Shown here: piece by piece, positions 24,101-27,902 of the stretch
Layout of the letters: each line of letters starts with the position of its first letter
How positions within the stretch are numbered: the first letter of the stretch is position 1
Origin: Armatimonadota bacterium
GTDB lineage: Bacteria; Armatimonadota; Armatimonadia; Armatimonadales; Capsulimonadaceae
DNA length: 27,902 bases
Direction of reading: 5' to 3'
Assembly (NCBI GenBank): GCA_043746125.1
Contig: JAYTRQ010000641.1
Span: 1 to 27,902 of the forward strand
Notes under the pieces: model-generated
What the model saw: only the letters and a program-made list of their open reading frames with translations
What the model was told of the DNA's origin: nothing
The model's database searches: none
Position numbers and translations under genes: made by a program

Positions 24101-27100
24101 ATGAAGTTTCTCCTGCCGCGGGCCTGGATGCTCCTGATCCTGGCCCTGAGCCTGGTCACGCCCACGCCTGCCGTGGCTCAGACTGCTTCTCAGTCTTCTC
24201 AGTCCGAAGTCCCTCAGTCCCTCCACGCTTATGGAAAGCTGCTGCCGGTGGGGACGAACGTCCTCGTCAACTGGCACGGCGTACCGCAGGCCCAGTCCTA
24301 CAACGTCTACCGGAACGGTCAGCTCCTGAACGGCGTGGCCCATACCTACTTTTTCGATTACGGTGCGGCCGCAGGCGAGACGCACACCTATACCGTCACA
24401 GCGGTCGGTGCGTGGGGCGAAAGCGCTCCCTCCGCTTCAGTCACGGCGCGGGCGCCGGTCGGCGGCGGGCAGGTGGTCTACGTCGATGCGCTCCAGAACG
24501 GCTGGCAGCCCTGGGGCTGGGCCGACCTGGATTATGCCAACACTTTCCCGAGAATGGGCGGCAGCCATTCGGTCCGGGTCAAGGCCGGACCGTGGCAGGC
24601 CATGTACCTGCACCATGCGCCGTTCGATACGACGTCTTACACCGTTGTCTCGCTTTGGGTGCATGGCGGCAAGACCGGCGGCCAGCGCCTGAGCCTGACC
24701 GCGCTCCGCAGCGGCACCCCACAAGCCTCCGTCACCCTGGACCCGCTGCCGGCCCGCGTATGGCGGCAGGTGACCGTGCCGCTGTCCACCTTGGGCGTTG
24801 CCGGGGTCTCGGACATGGATGGCCTGTGGGTGCAGGATGCGAGCGGGACCGCACAGCCGGCGTTCTACGTGGATCGCATCTGCCTGGGGACCGCCGCCGC
24901 CTCGCCGACGCTGATCCCCGCTCCGCAGAGACTGTCGGTCACCCCACAGTGGGTCACGAGCTGCCCCTCCTGCCCTGGAATGGCGATGCCGAATATGGTC
25001 CTGAGCTGGGCGCCCGTGCAGGGCGTCCCCGGCTATGTGGTCTGCCGGAACGGGACGCCTGTCGCCCCGAGCGTCACGCAGACGGGATGGACGGACATGA
25101 CCGTTGTGAGCGATCACACCTACGCCTACACCGTCGCCGCTTTGGGGCCGGCCGGACCTGGCACGGCCAGTGCGCCAGTTTCCGCGACGGCCCCTAACCC
25201 GCCGTCCTCCTCTGCCGCCCTGACCGCCCCGGTTAACCTGGGCGTACATGGGACCTGGCTGGCCGGCCAGACCGACGTCCTCTCTTGGTCGCCCGTCCCG
25301 GCGGCGGCGTCCTACAACGTGTACCAGTACGGAACGCTGATTGCGCAGAACGTCACCAGCACAGCGTACACCGTGCCCTCCGACGTCTTCTCCGGCGGGC
25401 TGACCTACGCAGTCACGGCGGTGGACGGCCTGGGAATGGAGACGCTCCCGTCGGCCATCGCAGCGTCGCAGGGCCAGTGTGACCCCGCGCAGGACCCAAC
25501 CTGGACTCCTGCCCCGCCCCAGGCGCCGACGAACGTCGTCGCCACCCCAGAATGGAACGCGGGCGTCCCACGCATCCATCTGACCTGGTATGGCTGGGAC
25601 ACGTCCTACACCTACAATGTCTATCGGGACGGGGTTAAAGTCGCGAGCGGGCTGTGGGGGTTGAACTACTTCGACACGACCGTCGCACCCGGTGAGACCC
25701 ACTCCTACGCCGTTTCTGGCGTCAACCTGCCCTGGAACACGTCCGTAGAAGGCCCGCAGAGCGCCTCGGTCACGGCGACCGCGCTGGCCGGTGCGCCAAA
25801 TGCCGCGCCGGGTGTTGTCCAGATCACAGGCCTCAAGCCGAATGATGACGGTGTCCTGGTGTCCTTCGCCGCCGTGCCCGGCGCGGTAGACTATCGCGCT
25901 TACAGCATGGCTAAACCGAACGTCGTCAAGTACAGCGGCGGCGGCCTGAGCATCGAGATGAACGGGCTGAACCAGGCTGGGGCGACCCTGGTGGTCGAGG
26001 CCGTTGACAAGCTCGGCCCGTTCCAAACCATGGACGGGATGGCCGGACCTGGCGCGATGGTCATGGGCAGTACGCACTCCGCGATCAACGGGCAGGGTGA
26101 CCCTTCGGACGTGCCGAACGTTCTGGCGGCCTCCGTGCCGTTCCCGGTCGTCTTGCAGCCGACCGTCCTAGCCGGCTCGCAGGTCTTCTTCGACAACTTC
26201 CGGGACGAAAACCCGCTCACCCTCCAGCCCAGCCCGGATATTACGGGCAACCCGGACGGCAGCTACGACTCATACGGGCAGCCCAACAATTACTGGGAGC
26301 AGGCCAACGACAAGTGGCGCATCCGCAACTACGTCGGGGACACGGACTACACGAAGGTGTTCTTCATGGGGAACCACTTCATGGACACGCTGTACGACGG
26401 CGGCACGGCGCGTAAGGGCGGGCCGATGCACAACAACAACTCGTCCCTGGTAATGATGCCCCGCGCCACGGCCGACATCTCGGGTGGCGGCGTCCTGCAC
26501 GTCACCTTCGAGGTGGATGCCCACTTCGACAGCCGCCGCTGGTGCGACCTGGTCGTGGCCCCGGCGGGCGACACGCTGCTGAACCCTGGCGCCAAAGGGG
26601 GAGGCCACCCGACCTTCTCGGGCACGGACACGGCCTTCCGCTGGCGCATCGAGTACCAGAACAGCATCCCCGAGATGGTCAACCTGAGCGCGACCGCGCC
26701 CTACGTCACGGTAGAAAATGCCCTGGTGCCGATCAACGGCCAGGCCTGGGACGTGGCCCGCAGCTCGGCCCGCGTAGATCCTTACCAGGGCACGCCCCAG
26801 GCCAACGGGACGCTCCGGGACCTGGACAAGCGGCACCGGTTCGACCTGTACCTGTCGCAGACTCACTTCCGCATCATGGAGCAAGGGACCGTGGCATGGG
26901 AGGGGGACATCCCCGCCGCGCTGGCGATGCCTGTTGGCCCGTACCAGGTGTACTTCGTGCATCAACTCTACCACACCGGCAACGACCGGCCCGAGCAGGT
27001 GGATTGGAACCCAGAGAACACCTACTGGTACAATGACCGGCCGTACAGTGACGAGCGCCACTGGGACAACATGGGCCAGAGCGTGCTGCCGGACTTCCCA

Positions 27101-27112
27101 GTCCTGCCGTAG
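24101..27112 (+). CDS. Secreted 1003-aa protein: several Fn3-like repeats, a CBM-like beta-sandwich and an unassigned C-terminal domain
   Basis: GGAG RBS; signal peptide ending PAVA; Fn3-like W...YNVYR.G...Y.V.AV patterns (about five); CBM-like VYVDALQNGWQPWGW...WQAMYLHH...LWVHGG. Confidence 0.8.
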   Translation: MKFLLPRAWMLLILALSLVTPTPAVAQTASQSSQSEVPQSLHAYGKLLPVGTNVLVNWHGVPQAQSYNVYRNGQLLNGVAHTYFFDYGAAAGETHTYTVTAVGAWGESAPSASVTARAPVGGGQVVYVDALQNGWQPWGWADLDYANTFPRMGGSHSVRVKAGPWQAMYLHHAPFDTTSYTVVSLWVHGGKTGGQRLSLTALRSGTPQASVTLDPLPARVWRQVTVPLSTLGVAGVSDMDGLWVQDASGTAQPAFYVDRICLGTAAASPTLIPAPQRLSVTPQWVTSCPSCPGMAMPNMVLSWAPVQGVPGYVVCRNGTPVAPSVTQTGWTDMTVVSDHTYAYTVAALGPAGPGTASAPVSATAPNPPSSSAALTAPVNLGVHGTWLAGQTDVLSWSPVPAAASYNVYQYGTLIAQNVTSTAYTVPSDVFSGGLTYAVTAVDGLGMETLPSAIAASQGQCDPAQDPTWTPAPPQAPTNVVATPEWNAGVPRIHLTWYGWDTSYTYNVYRDGVKVASGLWGLNYFDTTVAPGETHSYAVSGVNLPWNTSVEGPQSASVTATALAGAPNAAPGVVQITGLKPNDDGVLVSFAAVPGAVDYRAYSMAKPNVVKYSGGGLSIEMNGLNQAGATLVVEAVDKLGPFQTMDGMAGPGAMVMGSTHSAINGQGDPSDVPNVLAASVPFPVVLQPTVLAGSQVFFDNFRDENPLTLQPSPDITGNPDGSYDSYGQPNNYWEQANDKWRIRNYVGDTDYTKVFFMGNHFMDTLYDGGTARKGGPMHNNNSSLVMMPRATADISGGGVLHVTFEVDAHFDSRRWCDLVVAPAGDTLLNPGAKGGGHPTFSGTDTAFRWRIEYQNSIPEMVNLSATAPYVTVENALVPINGQAWDVARSSARVDPYQGTPQANGTLRDLDKRHRFDLYLSQTHFRIMEQGTVAWEGDIPAALAMPVGPYQVYFVHQLYHTGNDRPEQVDWNPENTYWYNDRPYSDERHWDNMGQSVLPDFPVLP

Positions 27113-27124
27113 ACGTAGGCTGGA

Positions 27125-27196
27125 AGTCAGAACGCGAGAGAAAGCCCCCGCAGGAGACGAAACTCTCTCGTGGGGGCTTTCTCTCGCGTTCTGACT
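27125..27196. repeat. 25-bp perfect inverted repeat, probably also a terminator
   Basis: AGTCAGAACGCGAGAGAAAGCCCCC-N22-GGGGGCTTTCTCTCGCGTTCTGACT, 12 nt after the stop at 27112. Confidence 0.7.
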
Positions 27197-27331
27197 CTGC
27201 CCAAAGACGTGTTTTGCCGGAGATGAGCTATAATCTGGTTTCTGACGCTTGCCCTTTCCAGTTTATTCCGGTGGCGGGCTACGACTGTGGCCGCTTCGTG
27301 CCGATTATATTGGGGGGGCCTGACATTAAAC

Positions 27332-27902
27332 ATGACCATTTCCGTAATCATCTGTACGCGCAACCGGGGCGACCTGATCGGCGCTACGCTACGCACGGTG
27401 CTGGCCGGGACGCTTGTGCCCGACGAGCTGCTGGTCGTTGACCAGAGTGACGGCGGTGAGACGCAGGCGGCCGTGGAGGCTTTCGCCGCCGATCACCCCT
27501 CTGTGCGGTATTTGGCGACCGAGACGCGCGGCCTTTCGCGGGCGCGGAACGTCGGTCTGGAACTCAGTCGGGGGGATGTCTTGGCATTCACCGACGACGA
27601 CGTCTTAGTCCACGCCGATTGGCTGGAACGGGTCGCGGCTGAGTTCCGGACGTATCCGCGCCTGGCCTTCCTGTTTGGGACGGTGTTGCCGCCCGAGGGG
27701 TACGACTGGCAGACGGAGTTCGTGCCTTATGTGGAGGTCCAGACGCGGCGGCCGGTGCTCTGGCATCAGAAAGAAGTCTTTGGCGGCATGGGCGCGAACA
27801 TGAGCCTGCGCAGGACGGCATATGAGCGCCTGGGCGGCTTCGATGAGGGATTGGGCGCGGGCACGGGTCTGGCGGGCGAGGATTACGAATATGCGCTGCG
27901 GG
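27332..27902 (+). CDS. Glycosyltransferase family 2, 3'-partial
   Basis: MTISVIICTRNR...LLVVDQS...GLSRARNVG...LAFTDDD...GANMSLRR...GGFDE..G...GED, open to the window end. Absent from the ORF track because no stop codon falls in the window. Confidence 0.9.
   Translation, partial: MTISVIICTRNRGDLIGATLRTVLAGTLVPDELLVVDQSDGGETQAAVEAFAADHPSVRYLATETRGLSRARNVGLELSRGDVLAFTDDDVLVHADWLERVAAEFRTYPRLAFLFGTVLPPEGYDWQTEFVPYVEVQTRRPVLWHQKEVFGGMGANMSLRRTAYERLGGFDEGLGAGTGLAGEDYEYALR

Noticed and set aside
27229-27234. TATAAT promoter for the GT2 gene
   Set aside because: It has no correctly spaced -35 and no TGn extension, which is too little to call.
1-27902. CRISPR array, tRNA, rRNA or known riboswitch
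   Set aside because: I found no regularly spaced repeat-spacer series, cloverleaf or riboswitch consensus by eye. An Infernal/Rfam scan was not run.

Overview
High-GC bacterial DNA. By inference it is probably Armatimonadota: it has a PEP-CTERM protein, a prepilin-type DUF1559/H-X9-DG protein and a GntR-LacI hybrid regulator. The centrepiece is a minus-strand locus (15758 to 4464): a GntR/LacI regulator, a prepilin-type DUF1559 protein, a decayed IS701-family element, and two paralogous secreted proteins of about 1280 aa. Those two are built from FlgD-Ig, beta-propeller and CBM9/DOMON-like modules, and one carries a circularly permuted PA14 insert. The regulator gene and the pilin-like gene each have a near-consensus sigma70 promoter overlapped by the same 10-bp motif, ACAGGTGTAT. 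The window also holds a sialate O-acetylesterase with an amber-interrupted F5/8 domain, a stand-alone CsrA-like gene behind a sigma54 motif, an FG-GAP pseudogene, and an FAD oxidoreductase. Further along are NUDIX, TrxC and ABC exporter genes, an orphan Phd antitoxin with an internal stop, a VOC protein, a BNR protein with a downstream PEP-CTERM gene, a 1003-aa Fn3/CBM secreted protein, and a partial GT2. Non-coding elements include a MITE-like element, a REP doublet and several long palindromes. I saw no rRNA, tRNA or CRISPR array. All family calls come from motif recognition by eye; no database search was run.
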